Shown here in pieces: positions 26,401 to 41,400 of a DNA stretch of 64,000 bases (position 1 is its first letter; every line of letters starts with the position of its first letter). The notes beneath the pieces were generated by a model. That model saw nothing but the letters and a program-made list of their open reading frames with translations. It was not told the origin of the DNA and did not search any database. The stretch is taken from NCBI RefSeq assembly GCF_009914755.1, contig NC_060935.1; one strand, written 5' to 3'. This DNA is from the human T2T-CHM13v2.0 reference genome, Homo sapiens. The translations under genes were made by a program, and so were the position numbers.

Positions 26401-29400
26401 ACCACTTTGTGGCCTTCCTTCGAAACGGGTATATCTTCACATCAAACCTAGACAGAAGCATTCTCAGAATGTTTCCTGTGATGACTGCATTCAACTCACA
26501 GAGGTGAACAATCCAGCTGATGGAGCAGTTTTGAAACTCTCTTTCTTTGGATTCTGCAAGTGGATATGTGGACCTCTGTGAAGATTTCGTTGGAAACGGG
26601 TTCATCTTCACAGAAAAACTAAACAGGAGCATTCTCAGAAACTGCTTTGTGATGTTTGTGTTCCACTTCAGGAATTGAACTTTCCTCTTGACAGAGCAGC
26701 TCTGAATCCCTCTTTTTCTAGAATCTGCAAGTGGACATTTGGAGGGCTTTGAGGCCTGTGGTGGAAAAGGAATATCTTCACATAAAAACTAGATGGAAGC
26801 ATTCTCAGAAACTACTTTGTGATGATTGCATTCGACTCACAGAGTTGAACATTCCTATAGATAGAGCAGGTTGTAAACAATCTTTTTGTAGAATCTGCGA
26901 TTGGAGATTTGGACTGCTTTGAGGCCTACTGTAGTAAAGGAAATAACTTCATCTAAAAACCAAACGGAAGCATTCACAGACAATTCTTAGTGATCATTGG
27001 ATTGAACTAACAGAGCTGAACATTCCTTTAGATGGAGCAGTTTCCAAACACACTTTCTGTAGAATCTGCAAGTGGATATTTGGACTTCTCTGAGGATTTC
27101 GTTGGAAACGGGATAAACTTCCCAGAACTACACGGAAGCATTCTGAGAAACTTCTTTGTGATGTTTGCATTCAACTCACAGAGTTGAACCTTGCTTTCAT
27201 AGTTCAGCTTTCAAACACTCTTTTTGTAGAATCTGCAAGTGGATATTTGGACCACTTTGTGGCCTTCCTTCGAAACGGGTATATCTTCACATCAAACCTA
27301 GACAGAAGCATTCTCAGAATGTTTCCTGTGATGACTGCATTCAACTCACAGAGGTGAACAATCCTGTTGATGGAGCAGTTTTGAAACTCTCTTTCTTTGG
27401 ATTCTGCAAGTGGATATGTGGACCTCTGTGAACATTTCGTTGGAAACGGGTTCATCTTCACAGAAAAACTAAACAGGAGCATACTCAGAAATTGCTTTGT
27501 GATGTTTGTGTTCCACTTCAAGAATTGAACTTTCCTCTTGACAGAGCAGCTCTGAAACCCTCTTTTTCTAGAATCTGCAAGTGGACATTTGGAGGGCTTT
27601 GAGGCCTGTGGTGGAAAAGGAAAATCTTCACATAAAAACTAGATGGAAGCATTCTCAGAAACTACTTTGTGATGATTGCATTCGACTCACAGAGTTGAAC
27701 ATTCCTATAGATAGAGCAGGTTGTAAACAATCTTTTTGTAGAATCTGCGATTGGAGATTTGGACTGCTTTGAGGCCTAATGTAGTAAAGGAAATAACTTC
27801 ATCTAAAAACCAAACGGAAGCATTCACAGACAATTCTTAGTGATCATTGGATTGAACTAACAGAGCTGAACATTCCTTTAGATGGCGAAGTTTCCAAACA
27901 CACTTTCTGTAGAATCTGCAAGTGGATATTTGGACCTCTCTGAGGATTTCGTTGGAAACGGGATAAACTTCCCAGAACTACACGGAAGCATTCTGAGAAA
28001 CTTCTTTGTGATGTTTGCATTCAACTCACAGAGTTGAACCTTGCTTTCATAGTTCAGCTTTCAAACACTCTTTTTGTAGAATCTGCAAGTGGATATTTGG
28101 ACCACTTTATGGCCTTCCTTTGAAACGGGTATATCTTCACATCAAACCTAGACAGAAGCATTCTCAGAATGTTTCCTGTGATGACTGCATTCAACTCACA
28201 GAGGTGAACAATCCTGCTGATGGAGCAGTTTTGAAACTCTCTTTCTTTGGATTCTGCAAGTGGATATGTGGACCTCTGTGAAGATTTCGTTGGAAACGGG
28301 TTCATCTTCACAGAAAAACTAAACAGGAGCATTCTCAGAAACTGCTTTGTGATGTTTGTGTTCCACTTCAAGAATTGAACTTTCCTCTTGACAGAGCAGC
28401 TCTGAAACCCTCTTTTTCTAGAATCTGCAAGTGGACATTTGGAGGGCTTTGAGGCCTGTGGTGGAAAAGGAAAATCTTCACATAAAAACTAGAGGGAAGC
28501 ATTCTCAGAAACTACTTTGTGATGATTGCATTCGACTCACAGAGTTGAACATTCCTATAGATAGAGCAGGTTGTAAACAATCTTTTTGTAGAATCTGCGA
28601 TTGGAGATTTTTACTGCTTTGAGGCCTACTGTAGTAAAGGAAATAACTTCATCTAAAAACCAAACGGAAGCATTCACAGACAATTCTTAGTGATCATTGG
28701 ATTGAACTAACAGAGCTGAACATTCCCTTACATGGCGCAGTTTCCAAACACACTTTCTGTAGAATCTGCAAGTGGATATTTGGACTTCTCTGAGGATTTC
28801 GTTGGAAACGGGATAAACTTCCCAGAACTACACGGAAGCATTCTGAGAAACTTCTTTGTGATGTTTGCATTCAACTCACAGAGTTGAACCTTGCTTTCAT
28901 AGTTCAGCTTTCAAACACTCTTTTTGTAGAATCTGCAAGTGGATATTTGGACCACTTTGTGGCCTTCCTTCGAAACGGGTATATCTTCACATCAAACCTA
29001 GACAGAAGCATTCTCAGAATGTTTCCTGTGATGACTGCATTCAACTCACAGTGGTGAACAATCCTGTTGATGGAGCAGTTTTGAAACTCTCTTTCTTTGG
29101 ATTCTGCAAGTGGATATGTGGACCTCTGTGAAGATTTAGTTGGAAACGGGTTCATCTTCACAGAAAAACTAAACAGGAGCATTCTCAGAAACTGCTTTGT
29201 GATGTTTGTGTTCCACTTCAAGAATTGAACTTTCCTCTTGATAGAGCAGCTCTGAAACCCTCTTTTTCTAGAATCTGCAAGTGGACATTTGGAGGGCTTT
29301 GAGGCCTGTGGTGGAAAAGGAAAATCTTCACATAAAAGCTAGATGGAAGCATTCTCAGAAACTACTTTGTGATGATTGCATTCGACTCACAGAGTTGAAC

Positions 29401-32400
29401 ATTCCTATAGATAGAGCAGGTTGTAAACAATCTTTTTGTAGAATCTGCGATTGGAGATTTGGACTGCTTTGAGGCCTACTGTAGTAAAGGAAATAACTTC
29501 ATCTAAAAACCAAACGGAAGCATTCACAGACAATTCTTAGTGATCATTGGATTGAACTAACAGAGCTGAACATTCCCTTACATGGCGCAGTTTCCAAACA
29601 CACTTTCTGTAGAATCTGCAAGTGGATATTTGGACCTCTCTGAGGATTTCGTTGGAAACGGGATAAACTTCCCAGAACTACACGGAAGCATTCTGAGAAA
29701 CTTCTTTGTGATGTTTGCATTCAACTCACAGAGTTGAACCTTGCTTTCATAGTTCAGCTTTCAAACACTCTTTTTGTAGAATCTGCAAGTGGATATTTGG
29801 ACCACTTTATGGCCTTCCTTTGAAACGGGTATATCTTCACATCAAACCTAGACAGAAGCATTCTCAGAATGTTTCCTGTGATGATTGCATTCAACTCACA
29901 GAGGTGAACAATCCTGCTGATGGAGCAGTTTTGAAACTCTCTTTCTTTGGATTCTGCAAGTGGATATGTGGACCTCTGTGAAGATTTCGTTGGAAACGGG
30001 TTCATCTTCACAGAAAAACTAAACAGGAGCATTCTCAGAAACTGCTTTGTGATGTTTGTGTTCCACTTCAAGAATTGAACTTTCCTCTTGACAGAGCAGC
30101 TCTGAAACCCTCTTTTTCTAGAATCTGCAAGTGGACATTTGGAGGGCTTTGAGGCCTGTGGTGGAAAAGGAAAATCTTCACATAAAAACTAGAGGGAAGC
30201 ATTCTCAGAAACTACTTTGTGATGATTGCATTCGACTCACAGAGTTGAACATTCCTATAGATAGAGCAGGTTGTAAACAATCTTTTTGTAGAATCTGCGA
30301 TTGGAGATTTTTACTGCTTTGAGGCCTACTGTAGTAAAGGAAATAACTTCATCTAAAAACCAAACGGAAGCATTCACAGACAATTCTTAGTGATAATTGG
30401 ATTGAACTAACAGAGCTGAACATTCCTTTAGATGGAGCAGTTTCCAAACACACTTTCTGTAGTATCTGCAAGTGGATATTTGGACTTCTCTGAGGATTTC
30501 ATTGGAAAAGGGATAAAATTCCCAGAACTACACGGAAGGATTCTGAGAAACTTCTTTGTGATGTTTGCATTCAACTCACAGAGTTGAACCTTGCTTTCAT
30601 AGTTCAGCTTTCAAACACTCTTTTTGTAGAATCTGCAAGTGGATATTTGGACCACTTTGTGGCCTTCCTTCGAAACGGGTATATCTTCACATCAAACCTA
30701 GACAGAAGCATTCTCAGAATGTTTCCTGTGATGACTGCATTCAACTCACAGAGGTGAACAATCCTGTTGATGGAGCAGTTTTGAAACTCTCTTTCTTTGG
30801 ATTCTGCAAGTGGATATGTGGACCTCTGTGAAGATTTCTTTGGAAACGGGTTCATCTTCACAGAAAAACTAAACAGGAGCATTCTCAGAAACTGCTTTGT
30901 GATGTTTGTGTTCCACTTCAAGAATTGAACTTTCCTCTTGACAGAGCAGCTCTGAAACCCTCTTTTTCTAGAATCTGCAAGTGGACATTTGGAGGGCTTT
31001 GAGGCCTGTGGTGGAAAAGGAAAATCTTCACATAAAAACTAGATGGAAGCATTCTCAGAAACTACTTTGTGATGATTGCATTCGACTCACAGAGTTGAAC
31101 ATTCCTATAGATAGAGCAGGTTGTAAACAATCTTTTTGTAGAATCTGCGATTGGAGATTTGGACTACTTTGAGGCCTACTGTAGTAAAGGAAATAACTTC
31201 ATCTAAAAACCAAACGGAAGCATTCACAGACAATTCTTAGTGATCATTGGATTGAACTAACAGAGCTGAACATTCCATTAGATGGAGCAGTTTCCAAACA
31301 CACTTTCTGTAGAATCTGCAAGTGGATATTTGGACCTCTCTGAGGATTTCGTTGGAAACGGGATAAACTTCCCAGAACTACACGGAAGCATTCTGAGAAA
31401 CTTCTTTGTGATGTTTGCATTCAACTCACAGAGTTGAACCTTGCTTTCATAGTTCAGCTTTCAAACACTCTTTTTGTAGAATCTGCAAGTGGATATTTGG
31501 ACCACTTTGTGGCTTTCCTTCGAAACGGGTATATCTTCACATCAAAACTAGACAGAAGCATTCTCAGAATGTTTCCTGTGATGACTGCATTCAACTCACA
31601 GAGGTGAACAATCCTGTTGATGGAGCAGTTTTGAAACTCTCTTTCTTTGGATTCTGCAAGTGGATATGTGGACCTCTGTGAAGATTTCGTTGGAAACGGG
31701 TTCATCTTCACAAAAAACTAAACAGGAGCATTCTCAGAAACTGCTTTGTGATGTTTGTGTTCCACTTCAAGAATTGAACTTTCCTCTTGACAGAGCAGCT
31801 CTGAAACCCTCTTTTTCTAGAATCTGCAAGTGGACATTTGGAGGGCTTTGAGGCCTGTGGTGGAAAAGGAAAATCTTCACATAAAAACTAGATGGAAGCA
31901 TTCTCAGAAACTACTTTGTGATGATTGCATTCGACTCACAGAGTTGAACATTCCTATAGATAGGGCAGGTTGTAAACAATCTTTTTGTAGTATCTGCGAT
32001 TGGAGATTTGGACTGCTTTGAGGCCTACTGTAGTAAAGGAAATAACTTCATCTAAAAACCAAACGGAAGCATTCATAGACAATTCTTAGTGATCATTGGA
32101 TTGAACTAACAGAGCTGAACATTCCTTTAGATGGAGCAGTTTCCAAACACACTTTCTGTAGAATCTGCAAGTGGATATTTGGACCTCTCTGAGGATTTCG
32201 TTGGAAACGGGATAAACTTCCCAGAACTACACGGAAGCATTCTGAGAAACTTCTTTGTGATGTTTGCATTCAACTCACAGAGTTGAACCTTGCTTTCATA
32301 GTTCAGCTTTCAAACACTCTTTTTGTAGAATCTGCAAGTGGATATTTGGACCACTTTGTGGCCTTCCTTCGAAACGGGTATATCTTCACATCAAACCTAG

Positions 32401-35400
32401 ACAGAAGCATTCTCAGAATGTTTCCTGTGATGACTGCATTCAACTCACAGAGGTGAACAATCCTGTTGAGGGAGCAGTTTTGAAACTCTCTTTCTTTGGA
32501 TTCTGCAAGTGGATATGTGGACCTCTGTGAAGATTTCGTTGGAAACGGGTTCATCTTCACAGAAAAACTAAACAGGAGCATTCTCAGAAACTGCTTTGTG
32601 ATGTTTGTGTTCCACTTCAAGAATTGAACTTTCCTCTTGACAGAGCAGCTCTGAAACCCTCTTTTTCTAGAATCTGCAAGTGGACATTTGGAGGGCTTTG
32701 AGGCCTGTGGTGGAAAAGGAAAATCTTCACATAAAAACTAGATGGAAGCATTCTCAGAAACTACTTTGTGATGATTGCATTCGACTCACAGAGTTGAACA
32801 TTCCTATAGATAGGGCAGGTTGTAAACAATCTTTTTGTAGTATCTGCGATTGGAGATTTGGACTGCTTTGAGGCCTACTGTAGTAAAGGAAATAACTTCA
32901 TCTAAAAACCAAACGGAAGCATTCACAGACAATTCTTAGTGATCATTGGATTGAACTAACAGAGCTGAACATTCCTTTAGATGGAGCAGTTTCCAAACAC
33001 ACTTTCTGTAGAATCTGCAAGTGGATATTTGGACCTCTCTGAGGATTTCGTTGGAAACGGGATAAACTTCCCAGAACTACACGGAAGCATTCTGAGAAAC
33101 TTCTTTGTGATGTTTGCATTCAACTCACAGAGTTGAACCTTGCTTTCATAGTTCAGCTTTCAAACACTCTTTTTGTAGAATTTGCAAGTGGATATTTGGA
33201 CCACTTTGTGGCCTTCCTTCGAAACGGGTATATCTTCACATCAAACCTAGACAGAAGCATTCTCAGAATGTTTCCTGTGATGACTGCATTCAACTCACAG
33301 AGGTGAACAATCCTGCTGATGGAGCAGTTTTGAAACTCTCTTTCTTTGGATTCTGCAAGTGGATATGTGGACCTCTGTGAAGATTTCGTTGGAAACGGGT
33401 TCATCTTCACAAAAAACTAAACAGGAGCCTTCTCAGAAACTGCTTTGTGATGTTTGTGTTCCACTTCAGGAATTGAACTTTCCTCTTGACAGAGCAGCTC
33501 TGAAACCCTCTTTTTCTAGTATCTGCAAGTGGACATTTGGAGGGCTTTGAGGCCTGTGGTGGAAAAGGAAAATCTTCACATAAAAACTAGATGGAAGCAT
33601 TCTCAGAAACTACTTTGTGATGATTGCATTCGACTCACAGAGTTGAACATTCCTATAGATAGAGCAGGTTGTAAACAATCTTTTTGTAGAATCTGCGATT
33701 GGAGATTTGGACTGCTTTGAGGCCTACTGTAGTAAAGGAAATAACTTCATCTAAAAACCAAACGGAAGCATTCACAGACAATTCTTAGTGATCATTGGAT
33801 TGAACTAACAGAGCTGAACATTCCTTTAGATGGAGCAGTTTCCAAACACACTTTCTGTAGAATCTGCAAGTGGATATTTGGACCTCTCTGAGGATTTCGT
33901 TGGAAACGGGATAAACTTCCCAGAACTACACGGAAGCATTCTGAGAAACTTCTTTGTGATGTTTGCATTCAACTCACAGAGTTGAACCTTGCTTTCATAG
34001 TTCAGCTTTCAAACACTCTTTTTGTAGAATCTGCAAGTGGATATTTGGACCACTTTGTGGCCTTCCTTCGAAACGGGTATATCTTCACATCAAACCTAGA
34101 CAGAAGCATTCTCAGAATGTTTCCTGTGATGACTGCATTCAACTCACAGAGGTGAACAATCCTGTTGATGGAGCAGTTTTGAAACTCTCTTTCTTTGGAT
34201 TCTGCAAGTGGATATGTGGACCTCTGTGAAGATTTCGTTGGAAACGGGTTCATCTTCACAGAAAAACTAAACAGGAGCATTCTCAGCAACTGCTTTGTGA
34301 TGTTTGTGTTCCACTTCAGGAATTGAACTTTCCTCTTGACAGAGCAGCTCTGAAACCCTCTTTTTCTAGAATCTGCAAGTGGACATTTGGAGGGCTTTGA
34401 AGCCTGTGGTGGAAAAGGAATATCTTCACATAAAAACTAGATGGAAGCATTCTCAGAAACTACTTTGTGATGATTGCATTCGACTCACAGAGTTGAACAT
34501 TCCTATAGATAGAGCAGGTTGTAAACAATCTTTTTGTAGAATCTGCGATTGGAGATTTGGACTGCTTTGAGGCCTAATGTAGTAAAGGAAATAACTTCAT
34601 CTAAAAACCAAACGGAAGCATTCACAGACAATTCTTAGTGATCATTGGATTGAACTAACAGAGCTGAACATTCCTTTAGATGGCGCAGTTTCCAAACACA
34701 CTTTCTGTAGAATCTGCAAGTGGATATTTGGACCTCTCTGATGATTTCGTTGGAAACGGGATAAACTTCCCAGAACTACACGGAAGCATTCTGAGAAACT
34801 TCTTTGTGATGTTTGCATTCAACTCACAGAGTTGAACCTTGCTTTCATAGTTCAGCTTTCAAACACTGTTTTTGTAGAATCTGCAAGTGGATATTTGGAC
34901 CACTTTATGGCCTTCCTTTGAAACGGGTATATCTTCACATCAAACCTAGACAGAAGCATTCTCAGAATGTTTCCTGTGATGATTGCATTCAACTCACAGA
35001 GGTGAACAATCCTGCTGATGGAGCAGTTTTGAAACTCTCTTTCTTTGGATTCTGCAAGTGGATATGTGGACCTCTGTGAAGATTTCATTGGAAACGGGTT
35101 CATCTTCACAGAAAAAATAACAGGAGCATTCTCAGAAACTGCTTTGTGATGTTTGTGTTCCACTTCAAGAATTGAACTTTCCTCTTGACAGAGCAGCTCT
35201 GAAACCCTCTTTTTCTAGAATCTGCAAGTGGACATTTGGAGGGCTTTGAGGCCTGTGGTGGAAAAGGAAAATCTTCACATAAAAACTAGAGGGACGCATT
35301 CTCAGAAACTACTTTGTGATGATTGCATTCGACTCACAGAGTTGAACATTCCTATAGATAGAGCAGGTTGTAAACAATCTTTTTGTACAATCTGCGATTG

Positions 35401-35430
35401 GAGATTTTTACTGCTTTGAGGCCTACTGTA

Positions 35431-38400
35431 GTAAAGGAAATAACTTCATCTAAAAACCAAACGGAAGCATTCACAGACAATTCTTAGTGATCATTGGATT
35501 GAACTAACAGAGCTGAACATTCCCTTACATGGCGCAGTTTCCAAACACACTTTCTGTAGAATCTGCAAGTGGATATTTGGACTTCTCTGAGGATTTCGTT
35601 GGAAACGGGATAAACTTCCCAGAACTACACGGAAGCATTGTGAGAAACTTCTTTGTGATGTTTGCATTCAACTCACAGAGTTGAAACTTGCTTTCATAGT
35701 TCAGCTTTCAAACACTCTTTTTGTAGAATCTGCAAGTGGATATTTGGACCACTTTGTGGCCTTCCTTCGAAACGGGTATATCTTCACATCAAACCTAGAC
35801 AGAAGCATTCTCAGAATGTTTCCTGTGATGACTGCATTCAACTCACAGAGGTGAACAATCCTGCTGATGGAGCAGTTTTGAAACTCTCTTTCTTTGGATT
35901 CTGCAAGTGGATATGTGGACCTCTGTGAAGATTTAGTTGGAAACGGGTTCATCTTCACAGAAAAACTAAACAGGAGCATTCTCAGAAACTGCTTTGTGAT
36001 GTTTGTGTTCCACTTCAAGAATTGAACATTCCTCTTGATAGAGAAGCTCTGAAACCCTCTTATTCTAGAATCTGCAAGTGGACATTTGGAGGGCTTTGAG
36101 GCCTGTGGTGGAAAAGGAAAATCTTCACATAAAAGCTAGATGGAAGCATTCTCAGAAACTACTTTGTGATGATTGCATTCGACTCACAGAGTTGAACATT
36201 CCTATAGATAGAGCAGGTTGTAAACAATCTTTTTGTAGAATCTGCGATTGGAGATTTGGACTGCTTTGAGGCCTAATGTAGTAAAGGAAATAACTTCATC
36301 TAAAAACCAAACGGAAGCATTCACAGACAATTCTTAGTGATCATTGGATTGAACTAACAGAGCTGAACATTCCTTTAGATGGCGCAGTTTCCAAACACAC
36401 TTTCTGTAGAATCTGCAAGTGGATATTTGGACCTCTCTGAGGATTTCGTTGGAAACGGGATAAACTTCCCAGAACTACACGGAAGCATTCTGAGAAACTT
36501 CTTTGTGATGTTTGCATTCAACTCACAGAGTTGAACCTTGCTTTCATAGTTCAGCTTTCAAACACTCTTTTTGTAGAATCTGCAAGTGGATATTTGGACC
36601 ACTTTATGGCCTTCCTTTGAAACGGGTATATCTTCACATCAAACCTAGACAGAAGCATTCTCAGAATGTTTCCTGTGATGATTGCATTCAACTCACAGAG
36701 GTGAACAATCCTGCTGATGGAGCAGTTTTGAAACTCTCTTTCTTTGGATTCTGCAAGTGGATATGTGGACCTCTGTGAAGATTTCGTTGGAAACGGGTTC
36801 ATCTTCACAGAAAAACTAAACAGGAGCATTCTCAGAAACTGCTTTGTGATGTTTGTGTTCCACTTCAAGAATTGAACTTTCCTCTTGACAGAGCAGCTCT
36901 GAAACCCTCTTTTTCTAGAATCTGCAATTGGACATTTGGAGGGCTTTGAGGCCTGTGGTGGAAAAGGAAAATCTTCACATAAAAACTAGATGGAAGCATT
37001 CTCAGAAACTACTTTGTGATGATTGCATTCGACTCACAGAGTTGAACATTCCTATAGATAGAGCAGGTTGTAAACAATCTTTTTGTAGAATCTGCGATTG
37101 GAGATTTTTACTGCTTTGAGGCCTACTGTAGTAAAGGAAATAACTTCATCTAAAAACCAAACGGAAGCATTCACAGACAATTCTTAGTGATCATTGGATT
37201 GAACTAACAGAGCTGAACATTCCCTTACATGGCGCAGTTTCCAAACACACTTTCTGTAGAATCTGCAAGTGGATATTTGGACTTCTCTGAGGATTTCGTT
37301 GGAAACGGGATAAACTTCCCAGAACTACACGGAAGCATTCTGAGAAACTTCTTTGTGATGTTTGCATTCAACTCACAGAGTTGAACCTTGCTTTCATAGT
37401 TCAGCTTTCAAACACTCTTTTTGTAGAATCTGCAAGTGGATATTTGGACCACTTTGTGGCCTTCCTTCGAAACGGGTATATCTTCACATCAAACCTAGAC
37501 AGAAGCATTCTCAGAATGTTTCCTGTGATGACTGCATTCAACTCACAGAGGTGAACAATCCTGTTGATGGAGCAGTTTTGAAACTCTCTTTCTTTGGATT
37601 CTGCAAGTGGATATGTGGACCTCTGTGAAGATTTAGTTGGAAACGGGTTCATCTTCACAGAAAAACTAAACAGGAGCATTCTCAGAAACTGCTTTGTGAT
37701 GTTTGTGTTCCACTTCAAGAATTGAACTTTCCTCTTGATAGAGCAGCTCTGAAACCCTCTTTTTCTAGAATCTGCAAGTGGACATTTGGAGGGCTTTGAG
37801 GCCTGTGGTGGAAAAGGAAAATCTTCACATAAAAGCTAGATGGAAGCATTCTCAGAAACTACTTTGTGATGATTGCATTCGACTCACAGAGTTGAACATT
37901 CCTATAGATAGAGCAGGTTGTAAACAATCTTTTTGTAGAATCTGCGATTGGAGATTTGGACTGCTTTGAGGCCTACTGTAGTAAAGGAAATAACTTCATC
38001 TAAAAACCAAACGGAAGCATTCACAGACAATTCTTAGTGATCATTGGATTGAACTAACAGAGCTGAACATTCCTTTAGATGGAGCAGTTTCCAAACACAC
38101 TTTCTGTAGAATCTGCAAGTGGATATTTGGACCTCTCTGAGGATTTCGTTGGAAACGGGATAAACTTCCCAGAACTACACGGAAGCATTCTGAGAAACTT
38201 CTTTGTGATGTTTGCATTCAACTCACAGAGTTGAACCTTGCTTTCATAGTTCAGCTTTCAAACACTCTTTTTGTAGAATCTGCAAGTGGATATTTGGACC
38301 ACTTTGTGGCCTTCCTTCGAAACGGGTATATCTTCACATCAAACCTAGACAGAAGCATTCTCAGAATGTTTCCTGTGATGACTGCATTCAACTCACAGAG

Positions 38401-41400
38401 GTGAACAATCCTGCTGATGGAGCAGTTTTGAAACTCTCTTTCTTTGGATTCTGCAAGTGGATATGTGGACCTCTGTGAAGATTTCGATGGAAACGGGTTC
38501 ATCTTCACAGAAAAACTAAACAGAAGCATTCTCAGAAACTGCTTTGTGATGTTTGTGTTCCACTTCAGGATTGAACTTTCCTCTTGACAGAGCAGCTCTG
38601 AAACCCTCTTATTCTAGAATCTGCAAGTGGACATTTGGAGGGCTTTGAGGCCTGTGGTGGAAAAGGAAAATCTTCACATAAAAACTAGATGGAAGCATTC
38701 TCAGAAACTACTTTCTGATGATTGCATTCGACTCACAGAGTTGAACATTCCTATAGATAGAGCAGGTTGTAAACAATCTTTTTGTAGAATCTGCGATTGG
38801 AGATTTGGACTGCTTTGAGGCCTACTGTAGTAAAGGAAATAACTTCATCTAAAAACCAAACGGAAGCATTCACAGACAATTCTTAGTGATCATTGGATTC
38901 AACTAACAGAGCTGAACATTCCTTTAGATGGAGCAGTTTCCAAACCCACTTTCTGTAGAATCTGCAAGTGGATATTTGGACCTCTCTGAGGATTTCGTTG
39001 GAAACGGGTTAAACTTCCCAGAACTACACGGAAGCATTCTGAGAAACTTCTTTGTGATGTTTGCATTCAACTCACAGAGTTGAACCTTGCTTTCATAGTT
39101 CAGCTTTCAAACACTCTTTTTGTAGAATCTGCAAGTGGATATTTGGACCACTTTGTGGCCTTCCTTCGAAACGGGTATATCTTCACATCAAACCTATACA
39201 GAAGCATTCTCAGAATGTTTCCTGTGATGACTGCATTCAACTCACAGAGGTGAACAATCCTGCTGATGGAGCAGTTTTGAAACTCACTTTCTTTGGATTC
39301 TGCAAGTGGATATGTGGACCTCTGTGAAGATTTCGTTGGAAACGGGTTCATCTTCACAGAAAAACTAAACAGGAGCATATTCAGAAACTGCTTTGTGATG
39401 TTTGTGTTCCACTTCAGGAATTGAACTTTCCTCTTGACAGAGCAGCTCGGAAACCTTCTTTTTCTAGAATCTGCAAGTGGATATTTGGAGGGCTTTGAGG
39501 CCTGTGGTGGAAAAGGAAAATCTTCACATAAAAACTAGATGGAAGCATTCTCAGAAACTACTTTGTGATGATTGCATTCGACTCACAGAGTTGAACATTC
39601 CTATAGATAGAGCAGGTTGTAAACAATCTTTTTGTAGAATCTGCGATTGGAGATTTGGACTGCTTTGAGGCCTAATGTAGTAAAGGAAATAACTTCATCT
39701 AAAAACCAAACGGAAGCATTCACAGACAATTCTTAGTGATCATTGGATTGAACTAACAGAGCTGAACATTCCTTTACATGGCGCAGTTTCCAAACACACT
39801 TTCTGTAGAATCTGCAAGTGGATATTTGGACCTCTCTGAGGATTTCGTTGGAAACGGGATAAACTTCCCAGAACTACACGGAAGCATTCTGAGAAACTTC
39901 TTTGTGATGTTTGCATTCAACTCACAGAGTTGAACCTTGCTTTCATAGTTCAGCTTTCAAACACTCTTTTTGTAGAATCTGCAAGTGGATATTTGGACCA
40001 CTTTGTGGCCTTCCTTCGAAACGGGTATATCTTCACATCAAACCTAGACAAAAGCATTCTCAGAATGTTTCCTGTGATAACTGCATACAACTCACAGAGG
40101 TGAACAATCCTGTTGATGGAGCAGTTTTGAAACTCTCTTTCTTTGGATTCTGCAAGTGGATATGTGGACCTCTGTGAAGATTTCGTTGGAAACGGGTTCA
40201 TCTTCACAGAAAAACTAAACAGGAGCATTCTCAGAAACTGCTTTGTGATGTTTGTGTTCCACTTCAGGAATTGAACTTTCCTCTTGATAGAGCAGCTCTG
40301 AAACCCTCTTTTTCTAGAATCTGCAAGTGGACATTTGGAGGGATTTGAGGCCTGTGCTGGAAAAGGAAAACCTTCACATAAAAACTAGAATTGAGGAATT
40401 CTCAGAAACTACTTTGTGATGATTGCATTCGACTCACAGAGTTGAACATTCCTATAGATAGAGCAGGTTGTAAACAATCTTTTTGTAGAATCTGCGATTG
40501 GAGATTTGGACTGCTTTGAGGCCTACTGTCGTAAAGGAAATAACTTCATCTAAAAACCAAACGGAAGCATTCACAGACAATTCTTAGTGATCATTGGATT
40601 GAACTAACAGAGCTGAACATTCCCTTACATGGCGCAGTTTCCAAACACACTTTCTGTAGAATCTGCAAGTGGATATTTGGACTTCTCTGAGGATTTCGTT
40701 GGAAACGGGATAAACTTCCCAGAACTACACGGAAGCATTGTGAGAAACTTCTTTGTGATGTTTGCATTCAACTCACAGAGTTGAAACTTGCTTTCATAGT
40801 TCAGCTTTCAAACACTCTTTTTGTAGAATCTGCAAGTGGATATTTGGACCACTTTGTGGCCTTCCTTCGAAACGGGTATATCTTCACATCAAACCTAGAC
40901 AGAAGCATTCTCAGAATGTTTCCTGTGATGACTGCATTCAACTCACAGAGGTGAACAATCCTGCTGATGGAGCAGTTTTGAAACTCTCTTTCTTTGGATT
41001 CTGCAAGTGGATATGTGGACCTCTGTGAAGATTTAGTTGGAAACGGGTTCATCTTCACAGAAAAACTAAACAGGAGCATTCTCAGAAACTGCTTTGTGAT
41101 GTTTGTGTTCCACTTCAAGAATTGAACATTCCTCTTGATAGAGAAGCTCTGAAACCCTCTTATTCTAGAATCTGCAAGTGGACATTTGGAGGGCTTTGAG
41201 GCCTGTGGTGGAAAAGGAAAATCTTCACATAAAAGCTAGATGGAAGCATTCTCAGAAACTACTTTGTGATGATTGCATTCGACTCACAGAGTTGAACATT
41301 CCTATAGATAGAGCAGGTTGTAAACAATCTTTTTGTAGAATCTGCGATTGGAGATTTGGACTGCTTTGAGGCCTAATGTAGTAAAGGAAATAACTTCATC

